The notes under the pieces: model-generated
Database searches by the model: none
Told to the model about the DNA's origin: nothing
Seen by the model: the letters and a program-made list of their open reading frames with translations, nothing else
Assembly: GCF_018350175.1 (NCBI RefSeq)
Contig: NC_058368.1
Location: forward strand, 171,494,001 to 171,558,000
DNA from: Felis catus
Taxonomy: Eukaryota
Direction of reading: 5' to 3'
DNA: 64,000 nt
Shown here: positions 13,469-25,684 of the stretch, piece after piece
How positions within the stretch are numbered: the stretch's first letter is position 1
Layout of the letters: the number at the start of each line of letters is the position of its first letter
Position numbers and translations under genes: made by a program

Positions 13469-14779
13469 TTATAATAATAAATGCATAATGTGGTGCATTT
13501 TAAAAAGGTCTCCCAGATGCTGAGAGGCTGTCCTTGAAAATCCTGGGTGGTACATTAACCACACCCTTATCCCCTACCAAGAAGAGAGTGTGTTTTAATA
13601 CAACACAAGATGAATGAGGGGTGTGAAAGTCCAAAATCATCCCCTGGGGTTGTTCTCTGCATACGCCAAGAGAAAAACAAAAATAAAACCAAAAACCTTT
13701 GTCCCTAAATTAATCAGCTTCAGTATTTGGGCTTCCAAGGAGAGCCACACACCCACACATATACAAAAAGTGTCACAGAGGCAACTATCTTTGTAAGAGG
13801 ATATGAGAAGAAAAGGAGCAAGGGAGCAGGTTTGTAAACAAAGCATGTATGATTCCCACGTCTTGAGTAGAATGCAATGGTAATTTGAAGCAAGACATGC
13901 TTTTGATAGTCTCAGTTGGTCTCACTCATTTCATGAGGCACAGCAATTCAGAAACAGCATAGGATTTGAAAGTTTGCTAATTGTACCACGTCGTATTTGA
14001 TCCAAATGGAATTTCAGACTGCTCATATACAAAGATAAATAGAAATTATTAAGACAAAAATATTAAATATTACAGGTAAAATTTTTATCCTAAGTTACCT
14101 ATTTATTATATAATCTTGGACAAATTTGTCCTTTTAACTCTTAGTTTCCTCATCAGCCAAACAGGGAAAACGATAATACTTCTGCGGCAAAGTAACCTAT
14201 TGCAAAGTTAATTCATGTCTTATTTTGCCACTGCAGAACCAACAGAAAGAATTTAACTTCCTCCCAGCTCAGTGATGGGGGGAACCTACACTCAGATTTA
14301 ATTGGGCTTCAAAAGAGTAAGTCAGGTGACACTCTCACACGGGGAGCAGTAGAGCAGAACACTTTCCTCAGAGGCTTGACATAAGGATTAAACGAAACAA
14401 CAGATGTCACAATGCTATGTCAATTGTCATGCAATGCTCAGATAGAAATTACTGTTATTAAAAATTCCCCTCACTTGCCACAATATGGTAAAAACAAAAA
14501 CCAGGAGATCTAGGCTCTTATTCCAGCCCCACACTTCTCTAGATGCTGGAACTATGTCTTCCTCATCTGTAAAATGGGAACATACTCTGTGCCTTGCCCT
14601 ACCTCACAGGGCTATGGTGAGACTCAAGTGAAACAGTATGAGAAAAGTCCATGGAGCATGTTAGACAAGGGGGACCTATAGGTAAGACATAAACCAAACT
14701 CAGTAACGTCACTTTACAAAATAATTCTGTGAGTTCTGAGCATTGAACATGGATTAAAACTGATTAGGTGGTTTTATTA

Positions 14780-15240
14780 CAGAAGTAGTCTTCACTTAAA
14801 ACAAAAATTTGAATAACCCAGCTGTCCATCAAAAACAGAATGGGTAAAGAGAATGTCATAACAGAATACTCACAGCAAGAAAAATGAATGCACTTTAGTA
14901 TACATGCAGCACTGATGGAAGCAAGACACAAACAATGTATGCCATGGTCATTCATATAAATTATGTTAAAAATAGGCAAAAATAAACTTGTTTGGGGAAG
15001 TCTGCACAGTATTAAAATTCTAACAAAAATTAAGGAAATAACTATCATAAAGTTAGATGGGGATTTTCTCTGGTTGGGAAGGGAGATGGTGAAGATATAA
15101 ATAATGAGGCTAATAGGAAGGACTTTGGGATTACAGGCTATATTAAATTTTGTGTGTGTGTGTGCAAGTGTACATACATATGCATGTATGTACATTGTAA
15201 ACAGTTGTCTATACACATATTTCACAATAAAAAACCAACA
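14780..15240 (+). mobile_element. Ancient L1 (L1ME/MB-like) 3' fragment
   Basis: aacccagctgtccatcaaaaacagaatgggtaaa...gaatactcacagcaagaaaaatgaatg; degenerate. Confidence 0.6.
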
Positions 15241-15571
15241 ATAAAAATCCAACTGAATTCTGTATAGTTTAATTTATATCAATACTATTACTTTTTTTAA
15301 AGGACGTTTGGTAAGAGTTTCAGTTCCAATCTCAGATACATCAAACTAAGAAATTACTCAATTACTTATAGTAACTTACTATATATAAAACTTACTATTT
15401 TTAATTTGACCCTGAAGTTACTTATAGTAACTTCTAATTGCTTCGACAGTTTCAGGGTCAAATTAAAAATCCTACTTAACAATAAATGAAACTACATGGC
15501 CATAGTCACCACCTGAGCTTATCTTACACCACCACCCTAAAAGGAAATGCAAGGTTACATCAGTGACTCAC

Positions 15572-15693
15572 CAGCTGGCTGTGTTTGTGCTATTCTCTTT
15601 GGGTAAGTCTTGCTTCGACTTCGTGCCACATTCTGATCTGGCCGAGGAAGTTGAATAGAAAGGTCTCGACTCATTTGCAACGCTGTCCTGCCA
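15572..15693 (-). CDS. EPB41L4A: EPB41L4A coding exon (~exon 12): (S)GRTALQMSRDLSIQLPRPDQNVARSRSKTYPKRIAQTQPA
   Basis: catttccaag|TGGCAGG...CCAGCTG|gtgagt; 122 nt; completes the YSGRT motif of the FERM-adjacent domain. The next exon was not found in the window. Confidence 0.94.
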
Positions 15694-17344
15694 CTTGGAA
15701 ATGCAACATTTTGGTTAACACAGATAAAACCGCACAGTCACAAAATTAAACCACGGCTCATTCACAATATCTACACAGTATGCAGAGAAGAAAAACAACA
15801 CAGAGTCACAGAGGCCCTAAGTATATAAGGGTTTTCAATTGATTCTCATTGCAATATTAACCAAGGCAGTAATATTAAATTCTAATATGAGAGTCTTAGG
15901 TTAGATAGAAGGACAATCTTTCGGAGGCAGAAATTTATTAAAGAGGTTAGGTTTAGATTTAAGTAGAATGAGCTAGAAATAGAGGATACTGATGGTCTTC
16001 CAGCTCTACAACTAAATAATAAATTACGTTGGGCTAAATTATACAATAGCAACGATTCTACATGAATCAACATGTCACTAGGTCGTACTTACACAGCAAG
16101 TTGTAAAGCATGCCCCACAGGATGGCTTGGTATGATTTTACCCTGAACCCTGCTGTGACACAACCATTTATTAATGCTCACCTCACCTGTGCCAGACGGA
16201 GTGCCGAGAAAGATTTAAAGTAAGCCAAAAGCCCACGCAAAGTGCTGCCTCCTTAAAGAGTCTGAGGATGCAAGGTGAGCTTTCCCTGGGAATGGACTAA
16301 CCTTCACATAATTTTCCTGAGGATTGGTGTGATTTTGTTTGCTGGATTTCAGTGAACATTCATCTTACTGAAAAATTACTCCACAGCTGCTGAATTTGAG
16401 CCAGTGAATGACTCTGACTTTCACACAAGAAAATATCATTTAGGTACAGGAAAAATGAATTTTTGTATGTCTAGTTTGATTCATCACAAAAAGAGCCCAC
16501 GTATGGGAGGAAAAAGGCCATTTCATGGCCCCAAATCTTATTCCTCCTACATTTACAGGATAAATGGGATAAAGAGATGAGACTTATACAAGCAAAATTC
16601 ACCTCCTACACACTTCTGTGAAAGTTCCCCCTTCTTACTACCCCATCTACCTTTATTAGAAATAAAAAGATGCTTGAAACACTCATCAAAGTGGCTCCCG
16701 TCAGGCTAGCTAGGGACACCACTTGATATGAGCAACATGGCAGGCTCCATCTGTGTGTGCCTCGTGTTCAAGAGTTGATGGGAACCAGCATAGAGAATGG
16801 GAGAAAACCTGTGCCAGGTTTTCTTTTACTTGAAATTTAACCTTTTTTTAAAGGTAGTACATAAGATAGCACAAACAGCAACATCTCGCTCCTAAAAGGC
16901 TAAAAAACAAAATTCCATATAAAGAGCAGAATTCCATTGTTATAAATGATTTGAAGCATAAAGATAAGAGCTACTTACAACAGACTCTGTTATCAGAAAG
17001 ACTTGGATACTGTATACTTCATTGCAGAGGAAAAAATATTTGCCCTGAAAATACAACCCAGCATATGGACCCACTGTGGCATTTTATAATGAGATTTTAC
17101 TTTACTATTCAATTTTCCCTCATGGCTTCCCTCTCAGGAATAAAGGATAATGAGAAAATCATATTACAAGATTAATAAAACTAAGGTCCAGAAACATAAA
17201 CTGATCTGCCACAGCCTACACAGGACTTAGAATGAGCTTTCGGACCTCCAGCTGGTTGTTGTGACATGGCCTGGTGGCCTGGGAGAAAGGGAAGAACACT
17301 GAACCATTTGGTATGATGTTATAAGCCCAATTTGTTTAAATTTA

Positions 17345-17962
17345 AAAAAAAAATTTTTTTTTAGTGTTTATTTATTTTTGAGAGAGAGCGAGCACATGAG
17401 CAAATGAGCAGGGAAGGGGCAGATAAAGAGGGAGACACAGAATTTGAAGCAGGCTCCAGGCTCTGAGCTGTGAGCACAGAGGCTGATGTGGGGCTCAAAC
17501 CAATGAGCTGTGAGATGTTGACCCAAGCCAAAGTCGGATGCTTAACCAACTGAGCCACCCAGGTGCTCCACCAGCCCAGTTTAAAACACAGCTCTGCTGT
17601 AACTGTGTGGTCTTCAGCAGATTCTTTTTAAAATCTCTTGGAGCCTCATTTTCCTCATTTAAAATATGTATTTTTTTAATGTTTATTTATTTTTGAGAGA
17701 GAGAGCACAAGCAGGGGAGGGGCAGAGAGAGAGAGAGGGAGACACAGAATCCGAAGCAGGCTCCAGGCTCTGAGCTGTCAGCACAGGGCCTGATGTGGGG
17801 CTTGAACCCATGAACCGCGAAATCATGACTCTGAGCCAAAGTCGGATGCTTAACGGACTGAGCCACCCAGGCGCCCCCCACACACACACACGAAAAAAAT
17901 TAAAATATATTTCTAGTTGAGGCGCCTGGGTGGCTCAGTAGATTGAGAGTCCAACTCATGAC
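17345..17962. mobile_element. Cluster: two minus-strand Can-SINEs (~17345-17569, ~17671-17878) and a plus-strand head fragment (~17920-17962)
   Basis: Recognisable SINE bodies separated by a MIR remnant; the third element is head only. Confidence 0.88.
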
Positions 17963-19412
17963 TATAATAAAATTATATCATAATTTTATACATACACACA
18001 CACACATACACACACACTTATTCAGAGTATTTCCTAGCGGAAATATTCTTGTACAGTATTCTTACTATTTCCTTGCAGCAGAAAGTACTTGATGAAGAGA
18101 GAGATTTACAGTGTAAAGTGTAAGAGTTCCGATGCATGTCTAGTGGCTCTCCGTAGTGACCAGAAAGAGCTTCTTCCCCCATAATCACCACTTCCCTGCC
18201 TCCGCACACGCTGGCGCACACACTCTTGTCCTTTGCGAGAAGTTTTTGAGGGGCTCAGAGAAAGAGATACCAGTGTATCACAAAATACTTCATCAGTATC
18301 TATTTTAAATTATTGCTATGTGATAATAAAACAACAACAAAAGAACTAGACTGATTTCAGCTCCGTTTTCCCACAAATTTTGAACTTTTGAGACAACTGG
18401 CAGTCATGTATCACTAAAAATGTCAATTTTTTTCCTTCTTAGTAATTCATTTTTCTAAGAGATGTTGGAATCTTCTTGGTGTTCTGTAAGCCCCACGATG
18501 CAGGAAAGAGAGCAAAGACAAGAACTCTTCTTCCGTCCCACACACACCAGCAGAAATGCAGACACACAAAGCAGGCAGACACCCACACTCACAAACCACA
18601 GCCACCTGTTCTGCTGTCCCTTATCCCCCATGCCCCAAAAGCCTGAACGCTGAAGGAGGGGCTGCCTGTGTTTCCAGGGCTCTGCTTGTATCCCATGGGG
18701 CCTCCAGAAAGGAGTCTCAAGAAAGGAGTAGGCATATGACGTGTGTTAAAGGCTGGTTGTTTTTCCACTTTTGACAATCAACAGTCCACGTGCTGGCGAC
18801 CACCCAGCTGTCAGAGACCCACCTGGGCCTGAACCTAGCTCTGGGCAGTGGGATGAAACGTCTTTCTTCCAGGGATGGGGTAATGTTAATGCTTCTTACG
18901 TACAGACACGGAGATTTGGGTTTCATTACGACTTACTGGGGAGTTAATACCATCCACAAAATTAGAACAGATTTAGTGGAGCTTCCAATTCTGCAAAGGT
19001 TACCTTTAATTACTTTCTTGGAAGAAATTATATTTAATATGCAAAACCCAATAACTTTCTAATAATAATCCCCAGTAGCCACAACATTTGCATTTCAATA
19101 AATTTAAGAAATCAGGTATGGGTAAATTTGTGGAAACCAACTACAGCATATGTTAAACAGCATAATTACAATTTTAATAGCATGAACACTGACAGATGCT
19201 TTTTCACTAGCTTTACTTCAGTGACAAGAAGATTTACACATTCTCTCTATAAACCTCACAATGTTTTATGCCCCAACTAGAAAAACAGCCCAAATATTAT
19301 CAGCTCTTCTTCTCAATACAAAAGTAAATAGTCTTTCCTTAACTACATCACTATCTAAGGAAGAACCTTGGTAACCCGAAGGTTAAATTTTTAGATATCA
19401 ATGAGTATTTTC

Positions 19413-19849
19413 TTTTTTTAATTAAAAAAATTTTTTTTATTTTTTATTTTTTTTCTACATTTATTTATTTTTGAGACAGAGAGAGGGCATGAACGGGGGA
19501 GGGTCAGAGAGAGAGGGAGACACAGAATCTGAAACAGGCTCCAGGCTCTGAGCCATCAGCCCAGAGCCCGACGCGGGGCTTGAACTCACGAACCGCAAGA
19601 TCATGACCTGAGCCGAAGTCAGACGCTTAACCTACTGAGCCATCCAGGCGCCCCTAAAAATTTTTTTTAAATGTTTCTTTTGAGGGGGGGGGGGAGAGGG
19701 GCACAGGGAGGGAAACACAGAATCTGAAGCAGGCTCCAGGCTCCGAGTTGTCAGCACAGAGCCCAACACAGGGCTCAAACCCATGAGTTGTGAGATCATG
19801 ACCTGAGCCAAACTCAGAAGCTTAACCGACTGAGCCACCCACGTGCCCT
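19413..19849 (-). mobile_element. Nested Can-SINE pair (younger ~19440-19654 within the tail of older ~19413-19849)
   Basis: Outer TSD tcaatgagtattttc / tcaatgaaaattttc; inner flanks taaaaa(aa)tttttttta. Confidence 0.88.
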
Positions 19850-21098
19850 TCAATGAAAATTTTCATTCAAATACCAAGAATCTCTCTCTAATACAATAAC
19901 AGTTAAGTCTTGGGCATCAAATGAGCAAATAACCCAAGTAAGTAATACATAATGGTAACGCACTGAACATTCACTATTAATCACTCTTTTATTGATTATC
20001 TCTGGTTTCAAATTCAGAACCAAAAAAAAGTGGGTCGAAAAAGAGGAATTAAAATCTGGCATACCACTGTCCTGCCAACAATGACTTGGCTTTAAGTCTC
20101 CTAGGTAAGAATTTCATTTAGTGCCGTCTCCAGTGGAACTGAGAGAACAGTATCCCACTTCCAGAGTGGCATTTGGGCACCCTACTTGTGTTTTACAGGG
20201 CCTGGGACCTGCTTCACTGGAGCTCTCTAAAGGCAGAAGTAGTTAGATCCAATTCTCTATATCTCTGGGCACCCAATCCAATATCTTGCCTCGCATATCA
20301 CAGGCTCTCCACTTAACAGCCGAATTGAAACAAAACAGTTCTTTTTCACAACACAGAAGGTTCCCATTTTTAATGCTGGTATTGGAAAAAGACCCAATCA
20401 GGCTTTTCCTGTAACATGCTCAGGGTTTGCCTAATAGTCAAAGCAAGGGCTTTGGAGTTAGACTGCCAGGGAAGGGACCACTTTCCTGCTTCTTGGCTGG
20501 GTTACCTTGAAAAGTGACTTGTGTCTCTGAACCTTACTTTCCCCACATACTAAGGGGGATAATATTAAAAAGACAGGAATTATTCAATGAAGCAATAAAT
20601 GGAAAACATTTAGCACAATACATGGTACTTAGTAACTGCTCAGTAAAGTTTAGACATAATTGTAGCATTATACACTTAAGCTTTATGCTGTAGGAAACAC
20701 GCTTTGATCCACAGTATAAAGTACACATTGTGTTACAACAGGTGATTGACTGAATGGTTCTAAGAACACCACTCAGCTACAATTCAGGATATCTACTTTT
20801 GTCTCATAATCACATCATTAGCAATAAAGTGATAATTGTATCAAAATGAATTTCTGAAGATCATAAGCTGTACTACATTCTAAAAGTCCTAAACTTAACA
20901 TAGCTAATACACATATTAAATAGGCTGTTTTTGTCAAGAAAGTTTTAATAAACTGTTACGCTTTTGAAATTCACTGGCAGAAAAATAAAAAAAATTTTAA
21001 ATCATAAACTTTAGTGTGTGTGTGTATGTGGACAACTGAATTAAATATTTATTTATTCACATGTATATACCCTTCCCCAAAGAAAAAATGCCATTTAC

Positions 21099-21176
21099 CT
21101 ATACCGGTGCTTATAACTCATGGATCCAAACTTGCTGAGTTTTCTTGACAATGAATTTGATTCATTTTCTGGCATT
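21099..21176 (-). CDS. EPB41L4A: EPB41L4A coding exon (~exon 11): (R)[25 protein letters not shown](S)
   Basis: cttattag|AATGCCA...TATAG|gtaaat; 78 nt; start of the FERM-adjacent region. Confidence 0.94.
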
Positions 21177-21889
21177 CTAATAAGTATTTAAAAGAAAATT
21201 AGATAAGGATTCATAAATACAGGTACTTACACAACCCTTGAGCAAAAGCTATGTAGAAAATAGAGTGAAACATTGTTTCACAGCTAGTCGAAATATCTGA
21301 GTTATTGTACCTATTGGCAGGAAATAATTACCAGTTATTTTAAGCTAATATTTGAAATACAACCATGCTCTAGGATTTTATGTATGTATAATATCAGAGT
21401 GTTCATAGTTTCGGCAAGCTATTATATAGATCATTGCCCTTTGGAAGCTTCAGCTGTGAATCAACTTACTTTCTCTACTTAAATTAAGAAGAGTGTCACT
21501 ATGTTGAAATATCCATGCCATGGCTTTCACGACAGATCTGATGTAGTGTTTTACTTCTCTTTATATTCCAGGACTTCCCATTCCAGGGTACCTTCAACAG
21601 ACACCTTCCATGTGGAGCTCCCTGGCCCAGGCCCCATGGGACTAGAGGCAATGTCTCAGGCTTGCTGGGCCACATCCCTCAACTAATATAAACTCTATAA
21701 AGGACATAGGTCATTTTATAAGAATGCTTCTCCAACATCATGCTATTGGGGAGAAGTGCTCCATGCTCCTTCCATCAAATAGGAATAAGGGGAAGAATTA
21801 ATCTAACTTTAAATTTAAAAAGCAAAACATAAAGCTTAATATATTACCTGATAGGATTTGGTTTTATCTTTACACTAGAAGGATGTGAA

Positions 21890-22300
21890 AGAAAGTGTCA
21901 CTATAATCCAATGGTCAACTCTCTACCCTCCTCTTACTTGACGCCCTGGGAGCATGCAATGCAGTTGCTGGCTTCTTATTCAGCATGGCATTTTCCTCTC
22001 TAGTTTCCATTTTCCCATGCACTCTACTGGCTAGGCCGTCTTATACTCCTTCATTAGCTCTACTGCGCTTTACATGCTGGGAGGGTCCTACAGCTCAGTC
22101 CTTGGCTTTCTGTTCTCTTTCTTCATTTTTTCCACTGATGACCTCATCCAGTCCCCTTTGCCTTAAATACCTAGTGAATTTACATGGCTAGCTTTGGTCT
22201 TTCCAATAAGCCCTGGACACCCAACTGCCTGCTCCACACCTCTACTTAGGTGACTAACAGGCATTTCAAATTTAGTATGTCCATAGAACATTTAATTTCC
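21890..22300. mobile_element. L2 fragment
   Basis: tccaatggtcaactctctaccctcctcttacttgac...ctacttaggtgactaacaggcatttcaaatttagtatgtcc. Confidence 0.6.
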
Positions 22301-22374
22301 ATCAATACCAAAGCTGAATTTTATATATATGTAAAAGTCCTTGACCCTTTCTTCTAGTAGGACCAAAGAAGGTA

Positions 22375-22376
<2 letters not shown>

Positions 22377-22413
<37 letters not shown>
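22377..22413. repeat. (TG)n microsatellite ~155 bp downstream of the exon 10 donor
   Basis: Directly visible. Confidence 0.95.
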
Positions 22414-22415
<2 letters not shown>

Positions 22416-22568
22416 TAATGTGATCCAGAAAATTAGGTGGCTGAAAAAAATTAATAGAAGAGAAACACTTCTAAATTTCTACTTATAGACAGAAAAGAAC
22501 ACTTGTTATAAAAACAAATGCAATTTTCACTTATTAGAACAATGCACAAAACTTTCACATTAACATAC

Positions 22569-22660
22569 CTGAAAAATGTATGATGTTCTACACTACACTT
22601 CCAAAGATGCTTGCAAGCCGTTTTACTTCGAGCTTCAAAAAAGAATGAGGTTTCATTGCA
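22569..22660 (-). CDS. EPB41L4A: EPB41L4A coding exon (~exon 10): [30 protein letters not shown](R)
   Basis: ttctctcag|TGCAATGAA...TTCAG|gtatgt; 92 nt; end-of-FERM motif [15 protein letters not shown]; visible in ORF 22451..22735. Confidence 0.97.
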
Positions 22661-23471
22661 CTGAGAGAAACAAAAAGAGAAAGAGAGAATATGAATTACA
22701 TTCATATTCTTCAGATGACAGCCACCTTTTCTCAAAAGTTTGGGTAGGCAGAGAAATTATTAACACATAAAACAAAAAATAATTATCTCTGTAACTATTT
22801 TTGGAGGGGTGCCTTCAAACCACCTTCAATAATTAAAATTATGAAATTAAGTTCCACATAAATCGCAATGCCGTCACCTTTATCACTTACTTCTTCATCA
22901 CCCCAAGACCATGGATAAGCAGGGCCATGGCAAGGAAGTATTGCAAACTTTTCCATCATAAACGGGCACCCAAACCGGACCACACTGTGTGGAAATCAAC
23001 TCCCAATAAAGAGGAGATACCCATAAACCCAGTTATTAACTCTATTATTTTCAGGGATGTACATGCTACATTTAAAATGATGACTAAAGCATCTCAGGAG
23101 GGGCCAATGCAAGGAGCGACCCCCACAGCTGTGTCATCTAAGCAAACTGAATAATGTCTCTGAGCTTCCACATTCTACATTCAGTTATTGGGTGAATTAA
23201 ACTAAATGATATGACCTATGTAAAGTACATAATAGATATACATTAAATTTCAACTATCCAGTAGCTACCTACCTATATTTAACACATGAGAAATAAAGGC
23301 AATATTAGAGATCATTCTAATTGTGCAGAAGATATTATTTATTTTTTTAAGTGACTGAATAGGCAACCACACAAGATATAATCTAAGTGCTAAAACAATG
23401 AACCACAAATTCTGTGAAGCTCTATAATTGTTTTGTTTGTTTGTTTGTTTTATCTAAAACTAAATTAGCAT

Positions 23472-23698
23472 AGGGCACCTGGGTGGCTCAGTCGGTTGAG
23501 CATCCCACTTCAGCTCAGGTCATGATTTCACAGTCTGTGGGTTTGGGCCCCACATTGGGCTCTGTGCTGACAGCTCAGAGCCTGGAGCCTGCTTCAGATT
23601 CTGTGTCTCCCCCTTTCTCTGCCCCTCCCCCAACTCGTGCTCTGTCTCTCTCTCTCTCTCTCTCTCCCTCTCAAAAATAAATAAATGTTTAAAAAAAT
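23472..23698 (+). mobile_element. Can-SINE
   Basis: TSD aactaaattagca on both sides. Confidence 0.92.
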
Positions 23699-24802
23699 TA
23701 CAACTAAATTAGCAAACTTAAGCCTCAAATGCAGAAATGCCCCTGGAATGAGGTTTCTATGGATTTATAAGCACAAAATTGTCAATGCAGATGAGTAATG
23801 GAAAAGGATCCTTCCCACCTTTTAATAAGAAAAGAACATTTATATGCATGAAATTTATTCCAAGTCCATCTGGAAGGAAGCTGCCCAGTTTAGAAGTTTA
23901 TTTGTAAGATGAAAGGGTGTGATGAAAACAGAGCCAATATATGCATGTTACAGCAAGGCCGCCTATAATTCCAAAACCTTGTGAAGTGGAGGAAGGAACT
24001 TAAGACAATTCCCAGGTTTCTGGCTTGGGGAATGCTAACTAATGAAATACAGCAAGTAGAAAAAATTGGGCATTTGGATGGCAAGGGAAGAGATAGTAAG
24101 TTCAGGCTATTTTGATTTTGAGGTGCCTATGGAATGGGGAACTAAACATACCTAGTGGGCCAGGAGACATGCAGACACAGAGCTGAAGAGACAGGCCACA
24201 CCTGCTGACACAAATGATTTCACTCAAGAGCCTAAAAGAAATTGTTCCAGGAGAAAGAACGAAGTGGGTGAAGATAAAATCACAACCAGAATGCTGTGAA
24301 GAAGGAGTGCGGGGAGGGAGGGGGGTGTCAAAACGGAACAGGAGGCAACAGTGGCAGAGAGGCTAGAAGGAGAGCACAAGACTCAAGTGACCGGGAAAGG
24401 TCAAACAAGGTTTGAAAGGAGGGGACTGCATTTCATGGTAAGACATCTTCGGTGACTTTCATGAAAGGGGCAGGGATTACACAAGTAGAGATAAGGGAGC
24501 AAAGTCAATGGATTCAGAAAGGGCATTCCTCAAAAGCAAAAGAAATGGGGGAAGGGGGTGCCCAGGAAATCACAGAAGATCCTTGCAGGCAGGGTGGGAA
24601 ACCAAGCATCCTGTCAGGACATGGGAATGCTTAGAAGGGAAGGGTTTTTCCTTTTTCTTTTCTTTTCTTCATACATAATATACACACATGGTACAAATGC
24701 CAAAAGTTACCAGAATGGACACACACTGATAACTAAAATCTCACTCCCATCGTGTTCCCAATCCCCTTCCCCAGAGGCCACCACTATCAAGAGTTTCTTA
24801 TA

Positions 24803-25006
24803 GTGTGGTGCCTGGGTGGCTCAGTCAGTTAAGCATCCAAATCTTGATTTCAGCTCAGGTCATGATCTCACGGTGGTGAGATTGAGCCCCATGCTGTGCT
24901 CTGTGCTGACAGCTCAGAGCCTGCTTGGGATTCTCTCTCCCTCAGTCTCTGCCCCTCCCCAGTTCATACCTCCCCCACCCCCAAATAAATAAATAAACTT
25001 AAAAAA
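24803..25006 (+). mobile_element. Can-SINE
   Basis: TSD aagagtttcttata 24789-24802 / 25007-25020. Confidence 0.92.
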
Positions 25007-25483
25007 AAGAGTTTCTTATATAACCGTACATGTTTTTAAGGTCACTGCATTATCCAAAAATATAATGCACAGGTCATTTATTTTAAAATAATTTTGCTTG
25101 TGATTGCATTGTATCAGGATAAATGATTAGGATAAAGTGAGTACAGGACATGTGGTCCTCTCCCCACCACCACCTTCTTCAGTATCTATACTCCACCTTC
25201 CTGTGCCTTCCAACAAAAAACTCTCCAACGAAAAAAACTTTCCAACGAAAGCTCTACATGTGCCAGGACATACTAGACATTATCACTGACAAGAAATGTG
25301 GCTGGTGAGGACCACTTTGTGACACTGATACTTGAACATTTTAGCAAGAGCATCCACAAATCAGGTGGTATTTACAAACCAAAAGACAAATTTTCAATAA
25401 GTTATTTAATTACATATAATCCAAATTTACAGAAACAGAGGAGAAACAAAAAAGCATTCTATCTTAAAAATATAGTAAATCCC

Positions 25484-25684
25484 GGGGCGCCTGCGTGGCT
25501 CAGTTGGTTAAGCATCTGACTTGGGCTCAGGTCATGATCTCCCGGTTTGTGGGTTCGAGCCCCACATTGGGCTCTGTGCTGAAAGCTCAGAGCCTGCTTC
25601 AGATTCTGTGTCTCCCTCTCTTTCTGCCCTTCCCCCATTTGTGCTCTCTCTCTCTCTCAAAAATAAATAAAAACATTTGAAAAA
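25484..25684 (+). mobile_element. Can-SINE
   Basis: ggggcgcctgcgtggctcagttggttaagc head, CT region, A-rich tail. Confidence 0.9.

Noticed and set aside
14764..15252. 162-aa hydrophobic minus-strand ORF resembling a membrane protein
   Set aside because: It is the antisense reading of an A-rich old L1 fragment; hydrophobicity follows from T-richness.
1..15571. Further EPB41L4A exons or nested snoRNA/antisense genes downstream of exon 12
   Set aside because: I could not find the next coding exon or any recognisable snoRNA; the region reads as intron 12, though unrecognised non-coding exons cannot be excluded by eye.
22451..22735. 94-aa ORF as a standalone gene (likewise 53897..54082)
   Set aside because: Only the internal portion is coding; it is an EPB41L4A exon with intronic read-through on either side.
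25208..25255. Three ~16-nt repeats (tccaac.aaaaaaact) that might resemble a CRISPR-like array
   Set aside because: Contiguous tandem units with no unique spacers in a mammalian intron; an ordinary minisatellite.
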